Shown here one piece after another: positions 13,681 to 24,999 of a DNA stretch of 64,000 nt. This DNA comes from Octopus sinensis. Its lineage: Eukaryota. The stretch covers positions 66,836,001 through 66,900,000 of the forward strand of contig NC_042997.1 in NCBI RefSeq assembly GCF_006345805.1, in the 5' to 3' direction. The translations under genes and the position numbers were made by a program. Numbering within the stretch: the first letter of the stretch is position 1; each line of letters starts with the position of its first letter. The notes under the pieces are model-generated. The model did not search any database, was not told where the DNA came from, and saw nothing but the letters and a program-made list of their open reading frames with translations.

Positions 13681-14389
13681 ACTGGCTGTATAATATTAGT
13701 GTGCATGAACAATGGAGCACAAATGAACTGAGAGAAAAAGTGGATATAAGAGGAAATAAATGAGAGACGACTATGCTGATATAGGAAAGTGTTGTATGTG
13801 GATCTTGTCAGTTGTATAAAGAAATTCTGAGCACTTGAAATGATCAGACCCTGTTAGAGAGAGAGACTAAGAAATGCATAGGATGAAGTGGAGAAAACTG
13901 ATCTCAACTGAAACTTATAAAGGAATTGGCAAAACAGTATAATGATTTGGAATCACACAATGCTTGAGAACACCTACCTACAATAGATGTGTGATAATGA
14001 TGGTGGTACTGGAGCTTGAGATGTATAATGTATCTACATCAGGTCTCTCACTCATTATACTCCTGTTAAGTTTCTTCAGCCTGACTGAACTTGATCAAGA
14101 CACTCTTGAGCTTCCAGCTTTTAAAATGTTAAAAGACATTTCAACTTCTAACCATTAACATTCAGACTCAGAATTTAATGTGATAACTACATTGAGATAA
14201 TCTGCATATAGGAACATTGAATCTTCTACAAAGACATTACCATTCATTACACGAGTAAAGGATGAAATGAATTCAGCAGAAAATGTCAGAAACAATTCAA
14301 CCATCAAAGGTACTGGATTATTTCTGAGTTCAAAATCCAATAAAGCTTTTGAATTCAGTTGAAAGTATTAATTTTCACACAACTGTTTT

Positions 14390-14445
14390 ATTTAACAGTC
14401 CAGACCTTGCTCCTTGTGACTTTTGGTTGTTCCCCAAGCTGGAAA
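14390..14445 (+). mobile_element. Mariner transposase micro-fragment
   Basis: Encodes SPDLAPCDFWLFPKL, the conserved mariner YSPDLAP(x)D motif. Confidence 0.7.
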
Positions 14446-14609
14446 AGTGGGCAATAGAACAATGATGATAATTTTTATGAACTATGCTGTAACATTTTAA
14501 CCATAAAGTATTTTTGCAACAGTCAGACAGTCCTCTACTGATTGGTTAGAAATGTAAAAAAAAACTCTTAAGCAAAACAACTAAATAGGTTCTTAATATA
14601 CACACTTTC

Positions 14610-15655
14610 TTAGTGCTCATAATCCCTTAATTGAAATTCTGAAGTTGAAAGGTGTTCAAAATTAGAAATCTTTCGAAGTGTTAGAAGCACTACATATGGA
14701 AAGTTCCTAAAAGCACTAAAAAAAGTGTTGGTTGTAAGTGTGCATAAAACAAAAGTAAAAAGTGAAAGTGACATGAATGTTTCATGGGGCTGACAAGCTG
14801 AAGTGAATGTATAATGGGTAGATTTGTTTTGTGAAAATGAAAATGTTTCTAAAGTGAAACTGTTCCATGTGTAAAACTAGACCAGCACCAAATTTTTATA
14901 AAACAACCTTTCATCATCATCATCATCATCGTTTAGCGTCCGTTTTCCATGCTAGCATGGGTTGGACGGTTCTACTGGGGTCTGTGAAGCCAGAAGGCTT
15001 CATCAGGCCCAGTCAAATCTGGCAGTGTTTCTACGGCTGGACGCCCTTCCTAACGCCAACCACTCCGTGAGTGTAGTGGGTGCTTTTTACGTGCCACCCG
15101 CACAGGTGCCAGACAGAGCTGGCAAACGGCCACGAACGGATGGTGCTTTTTATGTGCCACCGGCACGAGGGCCAGGCGAGGCTGGCAACAGACACGAATG
15201 GATGGTGCTTTTTACGTGCCATCGGGGCGGTGCTGGCAATGGTCGCAAAACGGAAGGTTCTCTTACATGCCACCGGCACTGGTAACACATCTGCAATTTC
15301 CATTGATCGATTTCGATTCTGATCCTCACTTGCCTCAACAGGTCTTCACAAGTAGAGTTTTGTGTCCCAAGAAGGGAAGGTATGCATACGTAGGCTGGCT
15401 CCATCCCATGTAGAAGGCCACGGGTTATGGACTCACTTGTCCTGCCGGGTCTTCTCGCGCACAGCACACTTCCAGAGGTCTCGGTCTCTAACTTTTATAG
15501 TAAATGATTAATGTCTTTAGACTTGGGTCTTAATGCTGAAGCTATTCTCTTTTATAGATGTAAATATACTATCATTCTGAAAACTGAAATAATCGATCTG
15601 AAATCCAAAATGCTTTCAGTCCTAAGTATTTCAAATAAAGGATTATCAATTGTAC
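14610..15655. mobile_element. Tigger/MER2-like MITE interrupted by an RTE 3' fragment
   Basis: Degenerate inverted ends ATAATCCCTTAATTGAAAT... / ...ATTTCAAATAAAGGATTATCAATTG-TA. Confidence 0.5.
14912..15490 (-). mobile_element. RTE family A, short 5'-truncated 3'-end copy
   Basis: Near-identical to 56181-56833, with a (CAT)n tail and CpGs retained. Confidence 0.95.
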
Positions 15656-15849
15656 CATGAAAAGAAGGCAACAAGGAATCCTTATCTTGCCTAGAAACTA
15701 CGGCCAAATTTCCTTTGAATTACACTCAACCGTCTTAAAAGAGCCTGATATATAATACAGTTCTAGATATGTTAATAGATGGAGAGTCAGTGGCTGGAAT
15801 ATCTTAGATCATAGGTCCAATAGAGTTCAGTTCCCAGCCTCCTCCCATT

Positions 15850-17045
15850 TGCTATAATCCTCCAAGCCGTAACAGAGATATTTAAGTTTGGTTGTCCTTT
15901 GGAACTCCTGTATGCTGATGACTGAGCTCTTATAGCAGAATGTGTTGAAAAATCCAAGCAGAAATTCCAAACATTGAAGTAAAACCTGGAATTGAAGGAC
16001 CTTAAGCAAAGTAAATGTTTTTGTAAGTGGTAAAGAAGACTGGGCCTTGATACAACTCAGGAAATGGTTGTGCTCTCTTTGCAGAAAGAGAGTATAAATT
16101 CCATAAGATGTACCCTGTGTAAACAGTGGATATACAAGAATATTACAGAATCACAGATAGGCTAACAGAGGAAGTAGATTTCATATGCTGCAGGTATACT
16201 AGAACAACAATCATGATGAGCACTTGGAAAACAGATTCTCTCAAATGCAGGGATGGCTCTTAAGATATAGTTGACAGGTTTTATTAACTAGATGACCTTG
16301 TTAGCAGTGAGAGATATTATTCTGAAAGTGTGGTAGAAGGGCGGCGAGCTGGCAGAAACGTTAGTACGCTGGACGAAATGCTTAGCAGTATTTCATCTGC
16401 CGTTACATTCTGAGTTCAAATTCCTCTGAGGTCAACTTTGCCTTTCTTCCTTTTGGGGGTCGATAAATTAAGTACCAGTTACACACTGGGGTCAATGTAA
16501 TCGACTTAATCCCTTTGTCTGTCCTTGTTTGTCCCCTCTATGTTCAGCCCCTTATGGGCAATAAAGAAATAAATGTGGTAGCCAGAGTTAAGAATGAGTT
16601 AGAAAAGCTCGGTGAGTTGTTGCCTCTGTTGGCAACATATGTTTTCTCCCTCAATGTGATGGGTAGATTGTATGATGCTTGTACGTGAAAGACAATGCTG
16701 CATGCAATGAGCCATGGGCCTTGAAAGCAGAGGGCTTGTAATAAGTAGAAAGAAATGAAGTGAGCATGTTTTGTTGTATGTGCCATGTTAGTGAATGTGA
16801 ATGATAGAGTACAATTGAGCTGAGAGACACACTGGGTATAAGAGGAATCAGATATAAATGCAAAGCAACAATGTAATGCCATATGATAAGCTGCATACAG
16901 GAACATTGAATCTTCTATAAAGACATTACTGTTAAGATGATGATAACAGTTGCATAAGGACTTAAAGTGAATAGCACTTGTGGAAAAAAGAGACTGACAA
17001 AGACTTGAAATGGTGAGGTGAAAGATGACCTCAAGTTGTTACATT
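15850..17045 (+). mobile_element. Old degenerate RTE LINE with a nested SINE
   Basis: GCPLELLYADD*ALIAE at ~15890-15950 and C-terminal motifs to ~17040, with many stops. Confidence 0.8.
16339..16572 (+). mobile_element. Nin/Deu-domain SINE inserted in the RTE relic
   Basis: GGCGGCGAGCTGGCAGAAACGTTAG head, GAGTTCAAATTCC B box, GCCTTTC..GGGGTCGATAAATTAAGTACCAG Nin-type core. Confidence 0.85.
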
Positions 17046-17358
17046 AGACAAAGGTGATGACAGGTGACTGTGCTGACTGGTGGTAAGCAATGAGGGAGAA
17101 AGCCTACTGAACTGATCTACTTTCAAGTTTGGTGAAATGTATGAAAAATATATATAAATACGTTCTCCATTTTCTTTCCTCGTTCCTTTCTGTTGAAGAG
17201 TATAGGCTTGAAATGTCAAAGACTTTTTACAGAGTGTCAAACTAATACACCTTGTTTGTTATAATTTCACATGTCTCTGTCTTTTGATTTTGCACATTTA
17301 AGCTACATATACATACACACATATATATATATAAAAACAATAACACAGATGGGTTGAC

Positions 17359-17445
17359 ATTCACTACACCTGTTTCAGACATGTTCTTTGTTGAGGAACA
17401 AAACAATTACATCATTCAAAAAAAAGATTTTTTCTTCAGGTGAAT
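17359..17445 (-). ncRNA. Degenerate Penelope-type minimal hammerhead ribozyme motif
   Basis: Minus strand: ATTCAC-CTGAAGA...GAAA-CAGGTG-TA-GTGAAT. Stem I has 6 bp and both core boxes are intact; stem II is decayed. Confidence 0.5.
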
Positions 17446-17459
17446 TAAGAGTGAAATTT

Positions 17460-17584
17460 AACATTCAGGATTTTTCACATAAATAGAACATAATGCATAT
17501 TGATCCTCCCATCTTGGTTACGTCTGAAAGATGGGGAGGGTCAATATGCATTATGGTCTATTTATGTGAAAAATCCTAAATGTT
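17460..17584. repeat. Long inverted repeat (~56-bp arms, 12-nt spacer)
   Basis: AACATTCAGGATTTTTCACATAAATAGAACATAATGCATATTGA..CCATCTT is mirrored at 17528-17584. Confidence 0.9.
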
Positions 17585-17686
17585 TGTAGGTAAAAGGGCC
17601 AGCAAGGAGATGCCCTTCCTAATGTCAACCACTTTACTGAATGTCATAAAAATCAGTTTTCAAGTGACCCTCAAAAACTTTAGTCT

Positions 17687-18098
17687 TGTAACAGGATCTG
17701 TTAGCATTTCACTGAAAGGGTGTCGATCCGATCCCGTCACATACAATTTAGTAAGACATAACAGACGAAGTCAGGTTATAGGTGAAAGACAGCAGTTTGT
17801 TTATTAATTGCGATGGCGTACGTGTGTCTGATGGGAGAACGACAGCCTCTGATGTACAGCTTCTTGTTTGTTTGTTGAAGTGGTTCGATGTCGTTTGCGG
17901 CTAAGTTGGTGAGGTTATCAGAGTCCACGAAATGCACGTCTGTTCGCGTTGGCCGTCTGCCCAGAGAGAGGGAATTGAGTTTAGCGGGCCTAAGGGATCG
18001 TTTCCCGCACATGCGCATGGGGTGGACTTCCGGTGGCCACCCGGAAGTAGTCCCATTCTGCGCATGCACGCTGAACCCTACACAGTAGCATCACTACA
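17687..18098 (-). mobile_element. Putative solo LTR (boundaries uncertain)
   Basis: GC/CpG-rich insert with TG...CA ends, a minus-strand AATAAA at ~17800 and a possible 4-bp TSD GTCT/GTTT. Confidence 0.55.
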
Positions 18099-18204
18099 GT
18101 TTTCTAATGGCTGACAGCTGTATTGAGACATCATAGGGTTGGGAGGACCCTTTAATCTTATTTTGTTGAGGATATCACAACCTATGTAGTGCTCATACTA
18201 CATA

Positions 18205-19706
18205 CTTATGCCAAAGTTAGTTTGGTTAATTATTAATATTACCAAACCTACCCAACTTAAAATCAATTTTATTTGCTTTTCTATTCAGCAAGCTAGCTTA
18301 TATTGGTTAGTTATTGATAATCAAACATACCTTGCCTTGTTTGAAAACTGATATTTTTTTCTTTCATTAATGTGTTTATGTTTGTGAAAGAAATAAGTAG
18401 AGAGGCAGAGGAAAAGAGAGAAATAAAAAAGAGAGTTTTGCACCTCTAAAAAAGTCATCTGTTCCACTATAATCAACGGCACAGACAAACCTGGAAATTG
18501 TGTAGTGTCTATCATCCCTGGCCAACTAAAGAATCTCTGGTTTTACCACACTTACGTTAACACTGAATACTGTTAGATTATGTCAACAGATCAGGAGTCA
18601 TTTATGTTGCTGTCCTTCATCTTCTGATAAAATGATACAAAAAATCTGTTTTTTTTCTTAAAAAGCATCAAGTGCAGGCAAAGCTGTGTGGTAAGTTTGC
18701 CTCCCAACCACATACTATGAGTAAATGCACCCAGTTCATTAGATAAAAGGCTTAGTGTAAGGAAAAGTATCCAACCATAGAAACTATGCTAAAGTGAAAA
18801 CAGCTGAATGAGATTTGGTCTCTTAGTGATGCCTAGGAGGGCAGAAATCCCAAACAAGAACTGCTTGAACCATGAAAACCCATCCAACCTCTGTCAGCTG
18901 GAAGTGAATATAAAATGATGAGTATAATGATGATGATGATGGGCCCTACCCAATTCAAGAATGATTGGTAGCAAAGCACATCCCACTGATACAATATTTA
19001 TTCAGAAAGCATGATGTCATTGGGTTATGTAATTATTAAAATTTATTCTATTTTATTTACTGCAGTAGAAAGACAAACTGTAGAGAGGTAAGCTAAATGC
19101 TTTGCAGAAATTAGTTATGTCCCTTTGCATTGCTCATCATTCTTCTGGTGTCAATATAATTGATTTATACCTCTTCTTTACAAATCTGTGGCCTTATGCC
19201 AAAGTTAGTTTGGTTAATTATTAATATTACCAAACCTACCCAACTTAAAAATCAATTTTTATTTGCTTTTCTATTCAACAAGCTAACTTATATTAGTTAG
19301 TTATTGATAATCAAACATACCTTGCTTCGTTTGAAAACTGATATTTTTTTCTTTCATTAATGTGTTTATGTTTGTGAAAGAAATAAATAGAGAGAGGCAG
19401 AGGAAAAGAGAGAAACAAAGAAAGAGTGTTTCTCATGTCTAAAGAAGTCATCTGTTCCACTATAATCAATAGCACAGACAAATCTGGAAGTTGTGTAGTG
19501 TCTATCATCCCTGGCCAACTAAAGAATCTCTGGTTTTACCACACTTACGTTATCACTGAATACTGTTAGATCGTGTCAACAGATCAGGAGTCATTTATGT
19601 TGCTGTCCTTCATCTTCTGATAAAATGATACAAAAAAATCTGTTTTTTTTCTTAAAAAGCATCAGGTGCAGGCAAAGCTGTGTGGTAAGTTTGCCTCCAA
19701 CCACAT
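18205..19706. repeat. ~510-bp direct duplication (18205-18713 and 19193-19706)
   Basis: Colinear, highly similar copies about 990 bp apart. The paired ORFs 18321-18515 and 19311-19508 are near-identical. Confidence 0.95.
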
Positions 19707-19839
19707 GCTTCCAGGTTCAGTCCTTCTGCTTGGTACCTTGAGCAAATGTGTTCAACTATAGCCCCAGGCTTGAGAGTTGATTTGGTGGATGGAAACTGAA
19801 AGAAACCAGTTGTATGTATGTATGTACAAACGAACAAAT

Positions 19840-20235
19840 GATTTTTCTTTGAATTTGATTTAAGTTCTTGCGAGATTTCAAGCCGGTCGCTAACAAAGTA
19901 AGACTCTTTGAGTTAAGAGAGCTCCTGGTGTTTGTAAATATGTGGTTGAGTTGGTGTGTTAATTGAACTGTTAATGCATGCACCCAAGTGTGTGCATCTA
20001 TTCACATCAGAATCTCATATGAATTTCTGGAATGTCTTGCAAATCTTCATGGTGCCACTAATAGATAGGACATCAGTTTCTTTTGTTCTTTTTCTGTAAA
20101 ACCAAATGTTTCTAGGTTTCTGTGCAAATTTGTTGGTACACAACCTAATGCACTTATGATGACAGGTAAAAATGAGAAATCATAGACAAGGGACATGAAA
20201 ATTCATAATCAGCATACAAGCTGCATAACTGTCAG
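19840..20235 (-). mobile_element. 3' end of an R4/Dong-like (restriction-like endonuclease) non-LTR retrotransposon
   Basis: Minus-strand remnants read FLPVIISALGCV..SGTMKICKTFQKF, resembling the C-terminus of RLE-type elements. Confidence 0.55.
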
Positions 20236-20559
20236 CAGAAAAATCATTCCAAGATATGCCTTCAATTCTACCATTCAAATGTTTTGTAAGATCCAACAAA
20301 TTTGTAGTACACACATATGTTTGTTTGTTCCCTTTTTAATTTTAGAGTAAATTTTGACTGGCCACCAACTTGGTAATGAGATTGTGAAGGAAAGTATCTT
20401 CTTTTAAAAATAACCGTTGATATGGATGTATAAACACCCTCGTGCAAGCTGCATGGCACATGTATACAAAATCCATGATGATGAAAGCATACGCACACAC
20501 GTTCACATAGCAAGTTAAATAGCTACTTGGTGTTTATAAGAATGGGGAGCTTAAAGCTA

Positions 20560-21320
20560 AACTTAATTCATCCATACCTTAAAGAAAATTATTTTAACAG
20601 ATTCATTTCCACTGCTTTGTGAGAAAGTACATTTATATGCATATGGGCATCTTGAGAGTCTTTCAGAAATTCTATTAATGATCTTCACACTGGTCCACAG
20701 AATAGACAGGGATTCCTCGGAGCAGAGTTGGTATCTCCTGGAAATGATATTGTATGGTTTTGTGTGCCTTACTATGGACCAAGTTATGTCATACTTAATT
20801 TTATCTCCTTTCAGTCGCCACACAAAATCAGCCAAAGATGCTGAATGTCTCTTATTGATTCTCTTGAAGCTGGTGACATAGTTGTGATAACAATTCTTAA
20901 ATGAATCAGCCATTTGCCCAATGTAAAATTATGGTCCTCCCCTTGTGTGCACAGTACATTTATATACAAGATTTGTACTCATACAAAGGTTCATCAATGG
21001 GCATTTTGATTTTTCTTTGCAGGAGCATTTATTATACTTGTGTATATGATAATACTGACTTCATTTTCCAACGTTGTTACTGCATTAGCTATATCAGTCA
21101 TTTCTACTATCATAATTTGGCTGTATTTGGTGCTTTTCATTGCAGTTTACATCTCCTTTGTAGGTATTTATATGTGTATGTTTGTTAGATCTTGTAGGTG
21201 GGTTACATATATATGTAAAGGTAAAATCCAAGGATCATTTGGGTAATTACTACTTCCAAGGTCTGCTAGCTATGAAACATTTGTAGCTTGCGTTTTATCT
21301 ACTCCATTTCCTAATTTTTG
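20560..21320 (-). mobile_element. Penelope-like element fragment (GIY-YIG endonuclease)
   Basis: NLVYKCTV..FYIGQ..SFK..H..SF..S.SL..FVW.LK..I.WSIV..LC.EE..IL..N..SE..S.C, the PLE endonuclease pattern. Confidence 0.85.
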
Positions 21321-21961
21321 GATATATATATATATATTTATTATTCATCATTATTTATTTTTATTTTAGAAAAATTGAGGCATGTCTTTGACAATTCTGG
21401 AGGATACTGAACTTATTTTTTGGCACACTCTGTATATATGAAATCGTTACTATTTTAGCATCAACTTTTCCATGCTGTCATGGGTTGGATGGATTTTTTT
21501 GAGAGCTTTTCAACAACTAGATGCACTTCCCGTCATCCTTCATTTGTTTCCAGGCAATATAATTTCCATGGCCAGGCATTAGAAACAAAGAACACTGCTT
21601 GCTTGACAGTGGCACTTGTTTACAACTATCATGTGAAGTTAAGGCAAGAGTAAACACAAACACATGCATAAATACATGTATATCTATACATACATGCCAG
21701 GCTTCTTTCAGTTTCTGTCTATCAAATCCACTCACAAGGCTTTGATTGGTGCAAAGCTATGATAGAAGATACTTGTCCAAGGTGCTGCACAGTGAGACTG
21801 AACCTGAGACCACACGGTTGGGAAGCAAGCTTCTTAAACACAAAGTCATGCCAGAGTCTATATATGTGTGTGAATGTGTATGACAATTATGAATGTTTCC
21901 ATAGTTTGCCTCAGGCAGATTTCTGATGGCCAACCTGAAGTTGTAGAAAACACTTGCTCAG

Positions 21962-22157
21962 GGCACTGAGATGCTGAAAAGTTCCTGGTTTTGGGTAAAA
22001 TAAAAATACAGGAGGATCAGTTAATTATGATTTTATTCAACATATTCCCCCACTTATTGTAGCAGTCCTTCAGTTTTACTAATCCCTGTAAAAGAACTCA
22101 GAAGGCTGGACCTTTCACGATTCCCTTTAAGCTAGGAACTTTTCGGCAGGACCTCAT
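21962..22157. mobile_element. Mariner-type MITE
   Basis: TIRs TGCTGAAAAGTTCCTGG / CTAGGAACTTTTCGGCA, with TA at the right end. Confidence 0.65.
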
Positions 22158-23770
22158 ATATAGTGAAATTAAACTTGAAACCTTGTGGTCACAAAGTGAA
22201 CTTAATTGCATAATCATGCCTCCATCTATACAAGCAATGGTGTGGCTTTGCTTAACATGAACATGGTCCCAAATTCAGTCCCACTGCATAACATCTTGAA
22301 AAAGTGTCATCTGCTAGAGCCATGGGCTGACTAAAGCCTTATGAGTGGATTTGGTGGATAGAAAGAAGCCCTTCATAATCATCTTTTAATGTCCATTTTC
22401 CATACTGGCATGGGTTGGATGGTTTGATAAGAGCTGGCAAGCTGCACCAGGTTCCAGTCTGATTTGGTTTTGTTTCTACAGCTGTATGCTCCTCCTAATG
22501 CCAACCACTTTACAGTATGCTGAGTGATATTAACATGGCACCAGCATAGGACTCTTGTAGGCCTATCCTCTTCACCAAGGGATGCAGCTTTAACACTTCT
22601 GTTGTGGAGGATGGGTCTTCTTGAGTACAGCAAGGTGCCAGTGTGTGTTTTATGGTCTCTGCCTTGACATTGTGTGATAGTTGTAATCGAAAGTCACCTT
22701 TATTTTCAATCTTCTGTGAAAATATATCAGGCCATGAAGAAATATTACTATTCTTGGAAACATGGGAGGGTTGGTGACAAAAAGGGTATCTGGCTGTAGC
22801 AAAACCACCTCAACAAATTCTATCCAACTCAAGCAAGCATGGAAAAGTGGATGTTAAATTGATGATGGTGACTGTGATGTGTATTAAAGGCAGCAAGATG
22901 GCAGAATTGTTTGTATATCAACAAAATACTTTTGTTTTTTAATGTTCTGAAGTCAAAATCCACTGAGGCTGACTTTTATCTTTCATCATTTCGAGGTTGA
23001 TAAAATAAATACCAGTTGAGCAATTAATACTTCCCTTCAAATTGCTGGCCTTATGCCAAAATTTGAAACCATAAAATGTGATGTATATGTATATAGTAGA
23101 GATTACTTCTGGTGTGTTATTTGTTGTTTTGCTAACCAAGTTCTATCCACATTTGTAGATGAGTGGAGATGGTTAAATCGACCGATATGTACTGGTAGTT
23201 ATTTTATAGACATTTGAGGACTTAAATGCAAAGTTAGATCCATCTGGAATTTGAACTAAAGATGTAAATGGCTAGAATGAAACATTGTTTCTTTTTGTAG
23301 CACAAATGCTGCATTAAGTCAGTATTACAAATGAGCTAGCCCATAAAGAAAGTCTTTAAGCCAAGGTCATCCTGTCCTATTTTCAGAAAAAGCATACTTA
23401 GACTACATTATCTACTGTAGAGTTACTTCCAGCAAGTTCAATTACCATGGAGAGGTATATTTGTCATATAACAATTTACTGCCAATTAAAGGACTTCAGT
23501 ATATACTGGTACTTTCAGCAGAATTTGCAATCAGATTATAGAGTTTACAGTTACTATTATTTAATTTGTTACCATTGTTTTGCTCTATTTCAACAAGATG
23601 AGATTAACTTCTTCCCACATAAGAACAAGGCCACAGATTTATAATTGCTGTGATACATATGCATTGATGGTTGATATTGACATAAATTGAAATAACTTTG
23701 ACCAAGAATTGAAACTAAATCACAAATTTCACATAGCATGAACTTTTAGGAGTCGACATTATTCTCTTAA

Positions 23771-23990
23771 CCCTTTAGCATTTAAACTGGCTACATCCAG
23801 CCCAAATATTCTATCTGTTATATGTTCAAACCAGACAGACCTGGTCTCTCACACATACCTTACAATGTCATTCTTAAAATAAACAATCACATCACCGAAA
23901 TCTCACGGCTACAAGATAATGCATTATTAATTCAGAACAACATGAATAAATAAGCATTACATTTGACAAAGTAATCTGAATGCTAAAGGG
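23771..23990. mobile_element. piggyBac-like MITE. Other copies at ~36784-36995 and ~60690-60865
   Basis: Perfect TIRs CCCTTTAGCATT / AATGCTAAAGGG, flanked by TTAA on both sides. Confidence 0.9.
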
Positions 23991-24047
23991 TTAATACTGC
24001 TGACAAGGCATAAAACACTATATAAAAAAAATCTTCTGCTCATCATA

Positions 24048-24340
24048 ATTACTTTTGCCTTAGTGAAGGTGGAGGTATGTTTTCAGTCATGTTTGGACAA
24101 GATATCTCAAGAACCGCTGGATGGATTCGTATGAAAGTTTCAGGGATATCTGGCACAAAATGATTAGATTTTGGGATCAATCAGGTACCAGACAAGGATT
24201 CTGGAAAATTTTTCTGCTTTTTTTTTACTTAATTTTTGAGAGTGGTTGGGTTCATTTTTAGTATTCTCATTTTAAAAATCATCTCTGGCTAATCGTTGAG
24301 AGGACGTTAGTGTTGCTTTGGCAGAGGTTTGTGCTCTTAT
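24048..24340 (+). mobile_element. Putative non-autonomous Helentron (HINE-like) element
   Basis: 5' TTACTTTTGCC..GGTGGAGGTA hairpin, subterminal GGCAGAGGT near the 3' end, and a CTCAAGAACCGCTGGATGGATT core. Confidence 0.5.
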
Positions 24341-24999
24341 TTTATTTTAAAATAACAAGCAAAAATATGTTGCTAGAATTTAGCTTTCATATAGTGGTTA
24401 ACATTAACCTTTTTTAGTTGAATTAACAGCATCGTTGCTGAATTCATATCTTTTACTTGTTTCAGTCAACTGATGGTGGCCATGCTGGAGTACCACCTTA
24501 TTGGGTTTTAGTTAAAGAAATTATTCTTTTGTAAGCTTAGTATTTATTCTATTGGATTTATAGGGATGTAAATACACCAACACCAGTTGTCAAGCAATGA
24601 TGGAGGAACAAATACAGATACAAATACACACAACAGACTTCTTTCAGTTTCTGTTTACCAAATCCATTCACAAGGCTTTGGTTAGCTCAAGGCAATAGTA
24701 GGAAGCACTTGCCCAAGGTACTATGCAGTGGGACTGAACCCAGAACCATGTAGTTGTGAAGCAAGCTTCTTTCCACACAGCCACACCTGCACCTAGTAAT
24801 GTATTTTATGTTCATACCATGTATGAAGAACAAGCCAGCCTGTTAGGAGACAACATATTTTCAAGTTACATGGACTGGCTTAAAAGGAGTTAAGCATTTT
24901 GGCTGTGGACATAACAGCACAAGTGATGGAATTAATCTTGTTGGAACCATTGACCATCAAGTTAGTGGAGACTTAACCAAATTCTACAGTACCATTATT

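Noticed and set aside
15070-15280. Regularly spaced GGTGCTTTTTACGTGCCACC repeats resembling a CRISPR array (also 56340-56530)
   Set aside because: They are internal repeats of the RTE 3' UTR. The spacers are related to each other, there are no cas genes, and the context is eukaryotic.
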